Position numbers and translations under genes: made by a program. Shown piece by piece: positions 25,134-37,667 of a stretch of 64,000 nucleotides of DNA. Origin of the DNA: Lama glama (taxonomy: Eukaryota); assembly GCA_028534125.1 (NCBI GenBank), contig CM052817.1:17920001-17984000 (forward strand), given 5' to 3'. A model generated the notes under the pieces. The model did not search any database and was not told the origin of the DNA. It saw nothing but the letters and a program-made list of their open reading frames with translations. Positions within the stretch are counted from its first letter, which is position 1. Each line of letters starts with the position of its first letter.

Positions 25134-26860
25134 ACATGACTTTAAAAATTTAATCAGTAGGGCATTTTTCCTGACACCAGCATTTTCTACACTGCCTTCA
25201 TTTTGTCCAAGTATATTCAGAAAGTGCTACAGCAGTGTTGGCCCAACTTAATTAGAAAAATAAAATCACATAGAATATTTTCAAAGCCAAATATGAATGA
25301 TTTTCAGATTTTTCCCCTGCCACTAGCTCTTCTCTTTTAGTATTAAACAGTGATTTTATTTTAATGTATCTTTTTATAAATTGAAGTTTAATTGTTTAAG
25401 ATCTTAGTATAATAACACGGAATTTTGTGTTTCTGGAAAAAAGGTTGTGCTGTTTGATTTCTGAGTTTTCTTAAGTTACAAAGACAGCCTACATCTTAAA
25501 ACTGAATTTGCTAACTCATCCTCTAGACATTAGAGAGATAACCTAATTCCAAATTTGATGTCTAGCACCAGATTAACATTGTTATTTTGTATCACATATT
25601 ATTTGTGTTTAAAATGGATGTTGTGTAAGACCTCAAATGTTATTTGCATTCCATTAAGTGCTTGGTAAGTCTTGTTGCTCACATTGTTATTATAAATAAT
25701 AGAATTGTGAAAGGAAGAAACCTGAAAGAAGATAGGCTTTGAAGAGAGAAGGAATAATATAACTGATAGGATGTTGTCATGAGTCTAGAACCACAGAGCA
25801 TTACAATGCTAGTGTTCCGTACTAAAAAAGTTAGGAAATCATATCTCAAATATTGTTTGTTTTTATTCATCATTATCAGAAATATGTACCATGAATAGAG
25901 AATTTAGAGATCATAAAAATGAGAGAATAATCTGGCATTTATTTATTATTTATTTTAGGGAAATGAAAATTAAATATGTTTACTTAAATAGATTCTAATT
26001 ATATTTTCTATTAGGCATGGATGAGTAGGACATATATTAGTATTTAAAGCCCGTGCCATGATTAGAGCTTACTATCTTCTGTCTTTTTCTTCTCTCTAGG
26101 GTGGGATTTGGCATATATTAGAGGAAGCTCCATATGAAACTGTTGCAGTTGATACATAAATTAATAATTCAGTGACTCTTTGTGTTTGCTGTTAACCAGA
26201 GAGTGGCTTCATCTTTACCAATATCTACCTAGGCTTTTTTCATGTCCTTTCATCTTGGAAAGTAAGACAGTGAAGAGATGAATTATAATGTACAGGATTA
26301 CAAAATAAGGAACTTCTTGTCCCCACAGAATTTATGTGCTTGAGGGATTAGATAACTGTAGAAATGTGGGTTTGCTGTGTATAAGTAAGTATATCTCCTC
26401 ATGTTTTATTTCTGTACTAAGTTGCTTAGAGAAGGTAATGTAGGGTTCTTGAATTAGATAAGGCCATGTTGAAATGAGAGGGAAAAGACTGATTACTAAT
26501 GTTTCAGGCATAAAGTATATTGTGAGGGAGGCTAAGGAAGTAAAGATGTGGAGTAAGGAGTTTAAGACAGCCAGTGCTGACAGAGAAGTGGATCAGCTTG
26601 GCGGTGTCATCAGACGAAAACCAGTGAGGGATCCATCCTCAGGTGAGAGGAACCAGAGTAGAGCTCGAATTATATGACACAGATTGGTTATAAGGCGTGG
26701 TCAGCTTGCACAGAGCCAACATTTCCAATTTGAAACTAAACTCATTTCTGGCTACAGTGTATGTCCACTGGGACTGCTACGGTTACAGAAACAAATCTGA
26801 TCTACAGTTTTAGAAAGAAACAAAAATATTGGGAAGAAATGGACATACCCAATTCAACAT

Positions 26861-26932
26861 TTTAAAAAAAATTTATTGAAGTAGAGTTGATTTACAATGT
26901 TTCAGGTATACAGTAGAGTGATTCAGTTATAC

Positions 26933-26994
<62 letters not shown>

Positions 26995-29900
26995 TCTTTT
27001 TCAGATTCTTTCCCATTATAGATTATTACAAGATATTGAATATAATTCTTTGTGCTATAAGTAGGTCCTTATTGTTTATCTGTTTTATATATAGTAGTGT
27101 GTATATATTAATCCTCAATTCCTAATTTATCCCCCTCTGCAACTTCCCCTTTGGTAACCATAAGTTTGTTCTCTATGTTGGTGAGTCTATTTCTGTTTTG
27201 TAAACAAATTCATTTGTATCATTTCTTTGGATTCCACATATAAGTGATATCGTATGACATTTGTCTTTCTCTTAGCATAATTTCTAGGTCCATCCATATT
27301 GCTGCAATTGGCATTATTTCATTTTTATGGCTGAGTAATATTCCATTATATATATATACCACATCTGCTTTATCCATTCATCTGTCAATGGACATTTAGG
27401 TTGCTTCTATGTCTTGGCTCTTGTAAATAGTGCTGTTGTGAACATTGAGGTGCATGTATCTTTTTGAATTAGTTTTCATTTTTTCAGATACATGCCCAGG
27501 AGTGGGGATTGCTGGATCATATGGTAACTCTATTTTTAGCTTTTTAAGGAGCTTCCATTCTGTTTACCATAGTGGCTGTACCAATTTATATTGCCACCAG
27601 CAGTATAGGAGGGTTCCCTTTTCTCCACACCCTATCCAGCATTTATTATTTGTAGACTTTTTGATGGTGGCCATTCTGACTGGTGTGAGGTGACACCTCC
27701 TTGTAGTTTTGATTTGCATTTCTCTAATAATTAGTGATGTTGAGCATATTTTCATGTGCCTGATGGCCATCTGTATGCCTTCTTTGGAGAAATGTCTATT
27801 TAGGTCTTCTGCCCATTTTTTAATTGGGTTGGTTGGTTTTTTTCTTTTCTTTTCTTTCTTTCTTTTTTTTTTTTGATGTTGAGTTGTATGAGCTGTTTAT
27901 ATATGTTGGATATTAATTGCTTGTGGGTCATATTATTTGCAGATATTTTTTCCCATTCAATAGGTTGTCTTTTCATTTTGTTTATTATTCCTTTACTGTG
28001 CAAAAGCTTTTAAGTTTAATTAGATCCTATTTATTTATTTTTGCTTGTTTCCATTACTCTAGAAGAAAGATCCAAAAAATATTGCTGTGATTTATGTCAA
28101 AGAGTGTTCTGCTTAGGTTTTCCCTTAGGAGTTTTATAATGTCTGAGCTTACATTTAGGTCTTTAATCCATTTTGAGTTTATTTTTATATATGGTGTTAA
28201 AGAATGTTGTAATTTCATTCTTTTACATATAGCTGTCCAGTTTTCCCAGCGCCAACTTATTGAAGAGACTGTCTTTTCTCTGTTGTATATTCTTGTCTCC
28301 TTTGTTGTAGATTAACTGACCATAAGTGTGTGGGTTTATTTCTGGGCTCTCTATCCTGTTCCATTAATCTATGTGTCTGTTTATGTGCTGGTACCATACT
28401 GTTTTGGTTATCATAGCTTTGTAGTATAGTTTAAATTCCAGGCACATGATTCCTCCAGCTCTGTTCTTTCTCAAGATTGTTTTGGCTATTTGGGGTCTTT
28501 TGTGTTTTTCATACAAATTAAAAAATTTTTGTTCCAGTTCTATGAAAAATGCCATTGGTAATTTGATAGAGATTACATTAAACCTGTAGATTGCCTTGAG
28601 TATTATGGTCATTTTAACAATATTACTTCTTCCAATCCAAGAACACTGTATATCTTTACACCTGTTTGTGTCATCTTCAATTTCTTTAGTCAGCATCTTA
28701 CTGTTTTCTGAGTGTAGATCTTTTGCCTCCTTAGGTGGATTCATTTCTAGGTATTTTATTGTTGTTGATGAAATGGTAACTGGGATTGTTTCCTTAATTT
28801 TTCTTTCTGATATTTTGTTAGTGTATGGAAATGCAACAGATTTCTATATTAATTTTGTACCCTACAACTTTACCGAATTCAGTAATGAGATTTAGTAGTT
28901 TTCTGGTGGTGTCTTTAGTATTTATCATGTCATCTGCAAACAGTGACAGTTTTACTTCCTTTGCAGTTTGAATTCCTTTTGTTTCTTTTTCTTCTTTGAT
29001 TGCTATGGCTAGGACTTCCAAAACTATGTTGAATAAAAGTGGTGAGAGTGGGCATTCTTGTCTTATTCCTGATCTTAAAAGGAATGCTTTTAGCTTTTCA
29101 CTGTTGAGTATGATATTAGCCATAGGTTTGTCATATATGGCCTTTATTATTTTCAGGTGTGTTCCCTCTGTGCCCACTTTCTGGAGAGTTTTTATTATAA
29201 ATGATTGTTGAATTTTATGAAAAGCTTTTTCTGTCTCTGTTGAAAGGATCATATGGTTTTTATCTTTCAATTTTTAATTTGGTGTATCACCTTGATTGAT
29301 TTGAAGATATTAAAAAATTCTTGCATCCCTGGGATAATTCTCACTTGATTATGTATATGATCCTTGTAATGTCTTATTGGAGTTGGAGTTGCTAGTATTT
29401 TGTTGAGGATTTTTGCATCTGTGTTCATCATAGATGAGTTTTGAGTTGTCACAGAGATCTGTGAATTGTCAAGAACACTGGTTCACAACAGTGATTCACA
29501 AGATAGGATGGGGTGGGTGGGGATGGTGACTGTAATTTTCTTTTTTTGTGATATCTTTGTCTGGCTTTAATATCAGGGTAATGGCCTCATGGATTGAGTT
29601 CAGAAGCATTCCTTCCTCTACAATTTTTGGATTAGTTTCAGGATAGGTGTTAACTCTCCTCTGAATGTTTGGTAGAATTCAGCTGTGAAGCCATCTGTTC
29701 CTAGACTTTTGTTTGTTGGGAGTTTTTAAATTAGTGATTCAATTTCAGCAGTGGTAATTGGTCTGTTTATATTTTACATTTCTGATTCAGTCTTGGAAGA
29801 TTGTATCTTTTTAAGAATTTGTCCATTTCTTCTAGGTTGTCCATTTTATTGGCATATAGTTGCTCATAGTAGTCTCTTACGTTCCTTTGTATTTTGGTAG

Positions 29901-32900
29901 TGTTGATTGTAACTTTTCCTTTTTCATTTCTGATTTTATTGATTTAGGCCATCTCCCTTTTTTTCTTGATGAGTCTGTCAAAAGGTTTCAATCAATTTTG
30001 TTTATGTTTTCAAAGAACCAGCTTTTAGTTTCATTGATCTTTTCTATTTTATTTTAGTCTCTATTTCATTTATTTCTGCTCTGATCTTTATGATTTCTTT
30101 TCTTCTACTAACTTTGGATTTTGTTTGTTCTTCTTTCTCTAGCTGCTTTAGGTGTAAGGTTAGGTTGTTTATTTGAGATTTGTCTTATATCTTGACGTAA
30201 GCTTGTATCACTAGAAACTTCCCTCTTTAGAACTGATTTTGTTGTGTCCCATAGGTTTTGGATCTTCTTGTTTTTGTTTTTATTTGTCTCTAGATATTTT
30301 TTCATTTCCTTATTGATTTCTTCAGTGATCCATTGGTTGTTTAGTAACATATTGTTTAGCCTCCACCTGTTTGTGTTTTTGCAGTTTTTAAAAACTGCTT
30401 TTGTGGTTTATTTCTAATGTCATAGCATTATGGTCAGAAAAGATGTTTGATATGATTTCAATTTTCTTAAATTTATTGAGGCTTGCTAGGTGGCCCAGCA
30501 TGTGGTCTATCCCAGAGAATGTTCCATGTGTACTTGAAAAGAATGTGTATTCTGCTGCTTTTGGATGGAATGCTCTATAAATATCAATTAAGTCTATCTG
30601 GTCTAATGTGTCATTTAAGGCCTTTGTTTGCTTATTGATTTTCTGTCCGATCATCTGCATTGATGTAAGTGAGGTGTTAAAGCCCCCCACTATTACTGGG
30701 TTAGTTCCAATTTCTTTTTTATGTCTGTTAGCATTTGCCTTTTATATTGAGGTGCTCTTATGTTAGGTGAACTATATGTACAATTGTTATATCTTCTTCT
30801 TGGATTGATCCCTTAGTCATAATGTAGTGTCTTTCTTTGTTTCTTGTAACAGTCTTTATTTTGAAGTCTATTTTGGCTGATATAAGTATGGCAACTCTGG
30901 CTTTCTTTTGGTTTCCATTTGCTTGGAATACCTTTATTCATCCTCTCACTTTCAGTTTGTATGTGTCTTCAGACCTGAAGTGAGTTTCTTGTAGGCAGCA
31001 TATATATGGATCTTATTTTTGTATCCATTCAGTCAGTCTGTGCTTTTGATTGCAGCATTTAGTCCATTTACATTTAAGGTAATTATCAATGTGTATGTTC
31101 TTATTGCCATTTTGTTAATTGTTTTGGATTTGTTTTTGTAGGTATTTTTCACCTTTCTTATTTTGTTCTCTTGTGATTTGAAAACTATCTTTAGTGTTAT
31201 GTTTGAACTCCTTTTTTCTCTTTTGTGTGTAAATGTATTATAGCTTTTCAGTTTGTTGTTACCATGAAGTTTTGGTAAAGCATTCAATATGTGTAAGTGA
31301 TTGTTTTCAGTTGTTGATCTCTTAATTTCAAATATATTTTAAATACCCTGCATTTGTAGTCTCCTCTAATCACATTTACTGTTTTTGATGTCATACTTTA
31401 CCTCTAATTGTTTTATATATCCCTTAAGTGCTTATTGTGGATACAGATGATTTTACTACTTTTGTCTTTTAACCTCCTGACTAGTTTGTGTGTGGATGAT
31501 TCCCTACCTTTACTGATGAGCTTTTCCATTTCATAATTTTTTTGTTTCTAGTTGTGGCCTTTTCTTTTCTGTGTAGAGAAGTTCCTTTAGCAATTTTTGT
31601 AAAGCTGCTTTGGTGTGCTGAATTCTTTTAGCTTTTGCTTGCAAGCTTTTGATTTCTCCCTCAAATCTGAATGAGGACCTGCTGAGTAGAGTATTCTTGG
31701 TTGTAGGTTTTTCCCTTTTATCACTTTAAATATATTGTGCCACTCTCTTCTGGCCTGCAGAGTTTCCTGCTGAAAAATCAGCTGATTACCTTATGGGAGT
31801 TTCCTTGTATGTTATTTGTTGCTTTTACCTTGTTGCTTTTAATAGTCTCTCTTTAATCTTTGTCATTTTGATTACAGTGAATCTTGGTATGTTCCTCTTT
31901 GGGTTAATCCTGTATGGGACTCTTTGCACTTTCCGGACTTGGATGACTGTTTCCTTTCTCAGGTTAGGGAAGTTTTCAGCTATTATCTCTTCAAATGTTT
32001 TCTCAGGCCCCTACTCTCTCTCTTCTCCTTCTGAGATGCCTATTAGTATGCTTGATGTTTTCCCAGAGGTTTCAAACTGTTTTTATTTCTTTTCATTCTT
32101 TTTTCTTTTTTCTGTTCTGTGGTAGTGATTTCTACTACTCTGTCTTCCAGCTCACTGATCCATTCTTCTGCATTATTTAGTCTACTATTAATTCCTTCCA
32201 GTGTATTTCATTTCAGTTATTATATCCTTCAATTCTGTTTTCTAACTCTGGTAAAAATGTCTGTCTTCTTACTCTGTGAATCCATTCTCCTCCCAAGTTC
32301 TTTGATCATCTTTACCATCATTACTCTGAACTCTTTCTTGGGTAGATTGCCTATCTCCAGATCACTTAGTTCTTCTGGGATTTTTATCTTGTTCTTTCGT
32401 CTGGAATATATTCCCTTGCCACCTCATTTTATCTAAATTGCTATTTGTATTGTAGTGTATGTGGTAGGTTCATTATGTTTATTGACCTTGGAGAAGTGGC
32501 CTGCTGCAGGAGATGCCCTCTGCATTCCGACTGTGCACTTCTCTCTCCCTGGGGTCTGCTGGTCCCAGGATAGGGACTGACCTGCATTTGTGGACTTCTT
32601 CCACAGGCTGTGGGATTGTAGTTTTCTTGCTTCTGGTGTCTTCCCCCTGGTAGGTGGAGCTGGGTCTTAGCTCTCTGGCAGGCAGGGCCGTGTCTAGGGG
32701 CATGTCTAGAAGTGGCTATAGGCTCAGGAAGTCTTTAGGCAGCCCATCTCCTGATGGGTGGAGCTGTGTCTCCACCCATTTAGATGTTTGGCCTGAGACA
32801 TCCCTGTACTGGAGCCTGTAGGTTGGGTGGGGCCAGGTCTTGGTGCTAATGACCCAAGATGTCAGCCTCCTGGAGAGTCTATACAGACAAATACTCCCCA

Positions 32901-33094
32901 ATATGTCCACCACCATTGTATGTCTCCAGGGTGAGCCACAGCTCCCCACTGCCTCCCCAGGAAACTCTCCAAGACCAGCAGGTAGGTCTGGCCCAGGCTT
33001 CTATGAAATTACTGCTTTTGCCCTTCATCCTGGCGCATATGAGATTTTGTGTACGTCTTTTAAGAGTGAGGTCTCTAATTCCCTCACACCTGTG
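26861..33094 (-). mobile_element. Near full-length inactive L1 (3' UTR, ORF2, ORF1, GC-richer 5' UTR), 5' end lost in gap
   Basis: Minus-strand ORF fragments: IITLNVNGLN (ORF2 start), DLIDIYRAFHPKAAEYTFFSSTHGTFSGIDHMLGH (endonuclease), [21 protein letters not shown]...LSLFADDM (RT). Many stops and frameshifts. Confidence 0.96.
26933..26994. repeat. Compound (AT)n(GT)n(AT)n microsatellite in L1 3' UTR
   Basis: Direct observation. Confidence 0.95.
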
Positions 33095-33594
33095 NNNNNN
33101 NNNNNNNNNNNNNNNNNNNNNNNNNNNNNNNNNNNNNNNNNNNNNNNNNNNNNNNNNNNNNNNNNNNNNNNNNNNNNNNNNNNNNNNNNNNNNNNNNNNN
33201 NNNNNNNNNNNNNNNNNNNNNNNNNNNNNNNNNNNNNNNNNNNNNNNNNNNNNNNNNNNNNNNNNNNNNNNNNNNNNNNNNNNNNNNNNNNNNNNNNNNN
33301 NNNNNNNNNNNNNNNNNNNNNNNNNNNNNNNNNNNNNNNNNNNNNNNNNNNNNNNNNNNNNNNNNNNNNNNNNNNNNNNNNNNNNNNNNNNNNNNNNNNN
33401 NNNNNNNNNNNNNNNNNNNNNNNNNNNNNNNNNNNNNNNNNNNNNNNNNNNNNNNNNNNNNNNNNNNNNNNNNNNNNNNNNNNNNNNNNNNNNNNNNNNN
33501 NNNNNNNNNNNNNNNNNNNNNNNNNNNNNNNNNNNNNNNNNNNNNNNNNNNNNNNNNNNNNNNNNNNNNNNNNNNNNNNNNNNNNNNNNNNNNN
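33095..33594. other. Assembly gap (500 N)
   Basis: N run. Confidence 1.
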
Positions 33595-34295
33595 TGAGCA
33601 AACTGAGCTCATCACTCCAAAGAAACCATTATGTGTTGGCAGTGATAAAATTCAAGCTTTAAATTAAAATCAGATTCTGGAAAATTTGTATCAGTCACTG
33701 TGAATTTGATGGCTTGCCAATACTTAAAGTCTTTTCTGCTGATATGGGTGGTGATAATAACAAATATTACTTTTTAATATTGTTCAGTGGAATGTGTCCA
33801 CTGCATCGCTTAGTTAATATATTTGAAATGATCACTACATAATGTTACATAATCAAGTATAGGCAGAGAATTGATTCAGAGTGCAATGTAGATCAATATA
33901 TATGTATGTAATAAAATACAAAAACGTTATTGATGTTCAGATTCCACATTGCAGCTAATCTTTAGGACACTACTACTTGTCAAATTTTAGTGTACTATCA
34001 AAGGAGTATATCCACAGTATCTGAAATGGATACTAAAATATCCTTCCCTTTTCCAGTTGCATATCTGTGTGACATTGATTTTCATATATATCAGTTAAAA
34101 CAACCTAGTACCATAGATGGAATATCACAACGGATTGAAGAATCCAGCTGTCTTCTAATCCAAACATCAAAGAGATTTGCAAAATGTAAAACAAGCCTTT
34201 TTTCCCCACTAATTTTCGTTTCTGAAAATAGTTATTTTAAATCAAATTATTTAGGTTAATATATTGTTTATATTGTTATTTTAAAATGAGTTAAC
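33595..34295 (+). mobile_element. hAT-Charlie (Charlie1-like) DNA transposon remnant
   Basis: gcaaactgagc...gataaaattcaagcttt...ccaatacttaaagtcttttctg...ttcagattccacattgcagctaatcttta resembles the recalled Charlie1 transposase 3' region. Confidence 0.75.
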
Positions 34296-34299
34296 AAAT

Positions 34300-34900
34300 A
34301 TTTTTATTGTGGTAAAATAAACATGAAATTTACCATTTTAACCATTTTTAAGTGTATAGTTTAGTGGCATTAAGTACATTCACATTGTTGTGCAACTATT
34401 ATCATCATCCATCTCCGGAACTTTTTCATCATCCCAAACTGAAACTCTGTACCCATTAAACAATAACTCCCCATTCCCTCCTCCTCACAGTCCCCAGCAA
34501 CTGCCATTCTACTTTCTGTCTCTACGAATTTGACTGTTCTATGTACCTCATATAAGTGAAATCATACGGTATTTGTCTTTTTGTGACTGGCTTATTTCAC
34601 TTAGCATAATGTCCTCAAGGTTTATCCATGTTATAGATGTGTCAGAATTTTCTTCCCTTTTTAAAGGCCGAATAGTATTCCACTATAGGTACATACTGCG
34701 TTTTCTTTATCCATTCATTTATCTGTGGATGCTTGGGTTGATTCCACATTTTAACTATTGTGAATAATGCTGCCATGACTATGGGTGTACAAATATCTGT
34801 TCAAGTTCCGACTTTCAGTTCTTTTGAGTATATATGCAGAATTGGAATTGCTGGATCATATAGTAATTCAAATTTTTCCATTTTTGAGGAACTTCATACA
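34300..34900 (-). mobile_element. L1MB-like 3' end
   Basis: tttttattgtggtaaaa...aaatttaccattttaaccatttttaagtgtata...ggcattaagtacattcacattgttgtgcaac. Confidence 0.85.
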
Positions 34901-36106
34901 ATAAATAAACAATTTATTAATTAGGGGTTACAATATGGTGATATTCTAATTATATCATATCTGTTTTAGTTATTAGCTGGAATACTTTTATAAAGACACA
35001 TTTCCCTTTATTATTTGGTTACCCAGTGGTACAGTTCCTATAGGAATGGCAGGCTAGATAAATGCCTTTTCATTTATTTACCAAGTTTTCAGGGTAATAA
35101 ACTGGTTCCCTGACATCCTCAATTTTTATTACTCTACCAAAATTTTCTCCTCAGAAAGACAGAAATGGAGCCCTGGCTGGTCAGTTTCAAGAATTCAAAG
35201 ATGCTAGGTTGCTCAGGGGTCTTTAGACTTCATCTCTTATATTGGATTAGACAAAACCCCTCCCAGGGTCAGCTACTGTTTCTAAAATTAGCTCATCATA
35301 TGGTCCAATGAGTACTTCCTGGCTATTTTGGGGTTCTTCTCTTTTCATATCCATCAGATACCCCTCTGCTTTTTTTGTATAAATGTTAATACCATTGTGG
35401 CTGTTGGTTTTTTCCCAGCTGCTTGTATTTCACACTTGTGGAGAATAGCTTATCAACAAGTTTTGCTGTAAATATTTTCCATGTGATTTTGATTTTGCTG
35501 TCTAGTTGCTTGGTCTGTTTTTATGTGGAGATCAGGAAGATTTAAAAAACCTCACTACCACCAATACCACCTTCCCAGAAAGAGATTGAATCCTAGAAGA
35601 GTTAGAGTACAAATGAGAATAATTGAATTTTCTGACTTGGAAGATTTGGTAGACAGTAATTTCATGGATGAGGATTAAAATAGAAGGGGATGAGAAAGAT
35701 GGTGAGTGGAAGATAAGATCAATTTTTGATCTCTTAGATTTGAAATGTTTATGAGAGATCCTAGTAGAAATGCCTTCTTAAGAAATATGGTTCCAGAACT
35801 TGATAGAAAGATCTAAGTGATGAAATACCAACACTTTGAAGGTAATTAAAGGCATATTAAGTTGGAGAAATTGTTATTTTTGATAAAAATTAGTGTGAAA
35901 AACCAGTGAAATAGAAAGCATGCACTTGAAGATGAAAGAGATACTAATAAGCGTTTGTGAACGAGTAGTTTTATGTATTTTCTGTAAATATGTACAACAA
36001 ATGCAGGCTTACAGAGCAGCAGTCCAAAGAGGATGATATTGTTCAAAGATCCAGTTATATGGGTGCAGGAAGGTTTTTGGTCATTAGGTGTAGGTGCCAT
36101 ATATGT

Positions 36107-36272
36107 TGAATATAATGCTAAGAGAATGAATTGATGAAATCTAAGTATTTTTCCTGTTAGAAAAATAGATGTTAAGTATTCATAAATAATGAATATAATA
36201 CTAAGAGAATGAATTGATAAAATCTAAGTATTTTTCCTGTTAGAAAAATAGATGTTGAGTATTCATAAAAAT
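36107..36272. repeat. 83-bp tandem duplication
   Basis: Copies start at 36107 and 36190; three transition differences in the body. Confidence 0.92.
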
Positions 36273-36563
36273 AAAAGCCTTAGATGGAGACTTTAACTAT
36301 TCAAAAGCTTCAAGTTTTAATATTTTAAGTAGACTGCAGTATACTATCACAGATCCTTATTTTAAGAGTGGGTGAAAAAGTCTTCTCTTATGAGGTATTC
36401 CAGATGCTCAGGTGGTCTGACCTCAAGGTGGATTTTTAAAACAGTATGCACATTTGGACATTCCTTTTTAAAAATTTCATTAGCATTAAATATCATCCCA
36501 AATAACTTACTTTTGACCTCTGTCTTTTCCTTTCTTCTTTTTTCCTCTTCATTCTAAAATTAG

Positions 36564-36636
36564 GCCAGTCTTCAGAGACCTGAGATTAAACTTGAATCAC
36601 TAAAAGAAGATATTAAGGAATTCTTTAAAATATCAG
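36564..36636 (+). CDS. TBC1D19: TBC1D19 coding exon 2 (ASLQRPEIKLESLKEDIKEFFKIS-G)
   Basis: Long pyrimidine tract plus TAG acceptor; 73 nt; donor CAG|GTTTGT; continues frame from exon 1. Confidence 0.95.
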
Positions 36637-37621
36637 GTTTGTAAGTTGTTTTTTTTTCCCTCTAATTCTTTAAAGCAAAATAAGGAAATATTTTATTTGA
36701 GGAAATATTGTATCCCTAGCCTTCTAATTACTCATTCAAAATTGTGAAATGATGGCTGGATAAGTTTCTATTTGGGGAGAATTAGAACTTTCAGACATTT
36801 CAATAGAATGCTGCAAAAATTCAGAGCACTGTGAGAATGACTGCTTTACATTAATCAGTTTTAAATACTGTTTACCTTCATGGTCAAGCTATATCCTGAA
36901 TGTATTAAGAATCTCCTTAGTTAAGTTACCTGTCTTTTACCATTCATTTGTGGCTTTTTTTCTTCTATACTTTTTTTCTCTCCTCTTTTCTACCTTTCAA
37001 AGAAAACAGGAGAAAATCTCCCCCTCCTTTTTTGTTTTTTTTTAAATCAACCTGTTTAGCAGCCTTCGCACATGGGAACTGAGATATTAAATGGTTTACT
37101 TACCCAGATAAGTTCAGCTAGTTAGCAGCCAAACTTACTGATCCGACTGGTGGTGCCTCGTAATAGTCGTCTTCTCTTGTTGAGGAGTTTACTGACTAGT
37201 TAATTGTAACAAATTACTTGTGATCTTTGTCAAGTGCCTGGCTGTTTCTTGCCCTGTCCTTGGCACATTCCTCACAGCTCTGGTAGTGCAATAGCCAAAG
37301 ATTTTGATGTTCATTGAGTGAGCACCTTAACAGTGGAAGAAGGAAATGTTCCTCCCATCTTAAGAAAAGGGTACCATAGTTTTACTCACAAAATAGTATC
37401 ATGTTTATGACTTTGCTATTTAGTGTTAGCCAAGGGATATTGGCAAATATATAGGGAATAATTCCTTAATATAACACTTTACACAGCAATTGGCAGTTGA
37501 TAAAGTCCTTTCACAAATGAATATGATGTTAGTTTTTGTGAGATAAATTTAGTTATAATGTATGTTTATTTAAAACACTAATATGTTTGTATGTTTTATC
37601 CCTTTTTTTTAAAAAAAATAG

Positions 37622-37667
37622 GTTGGGAGAAGAAGCTTCAGAATGCTGTATATAGTGAACTGAGTGT
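37622..37667 (+). CDS. TBC1D19: TBC1D19 coding exon 3 (G-WEKKLQNAVYSELS-V)
   Basis: TAG acceptor; 46 nt; donor GTGAGT at 37668; phase 1 to 2, frame consistent with neighbours. Confidence 0.95.

Noticed and set aside
26861..33094. Reverse transcriptase/endonuclease as an active or novel RT system
   Set aside because: Ordinary L1 ORF2 broken by many stops and frameshifts.
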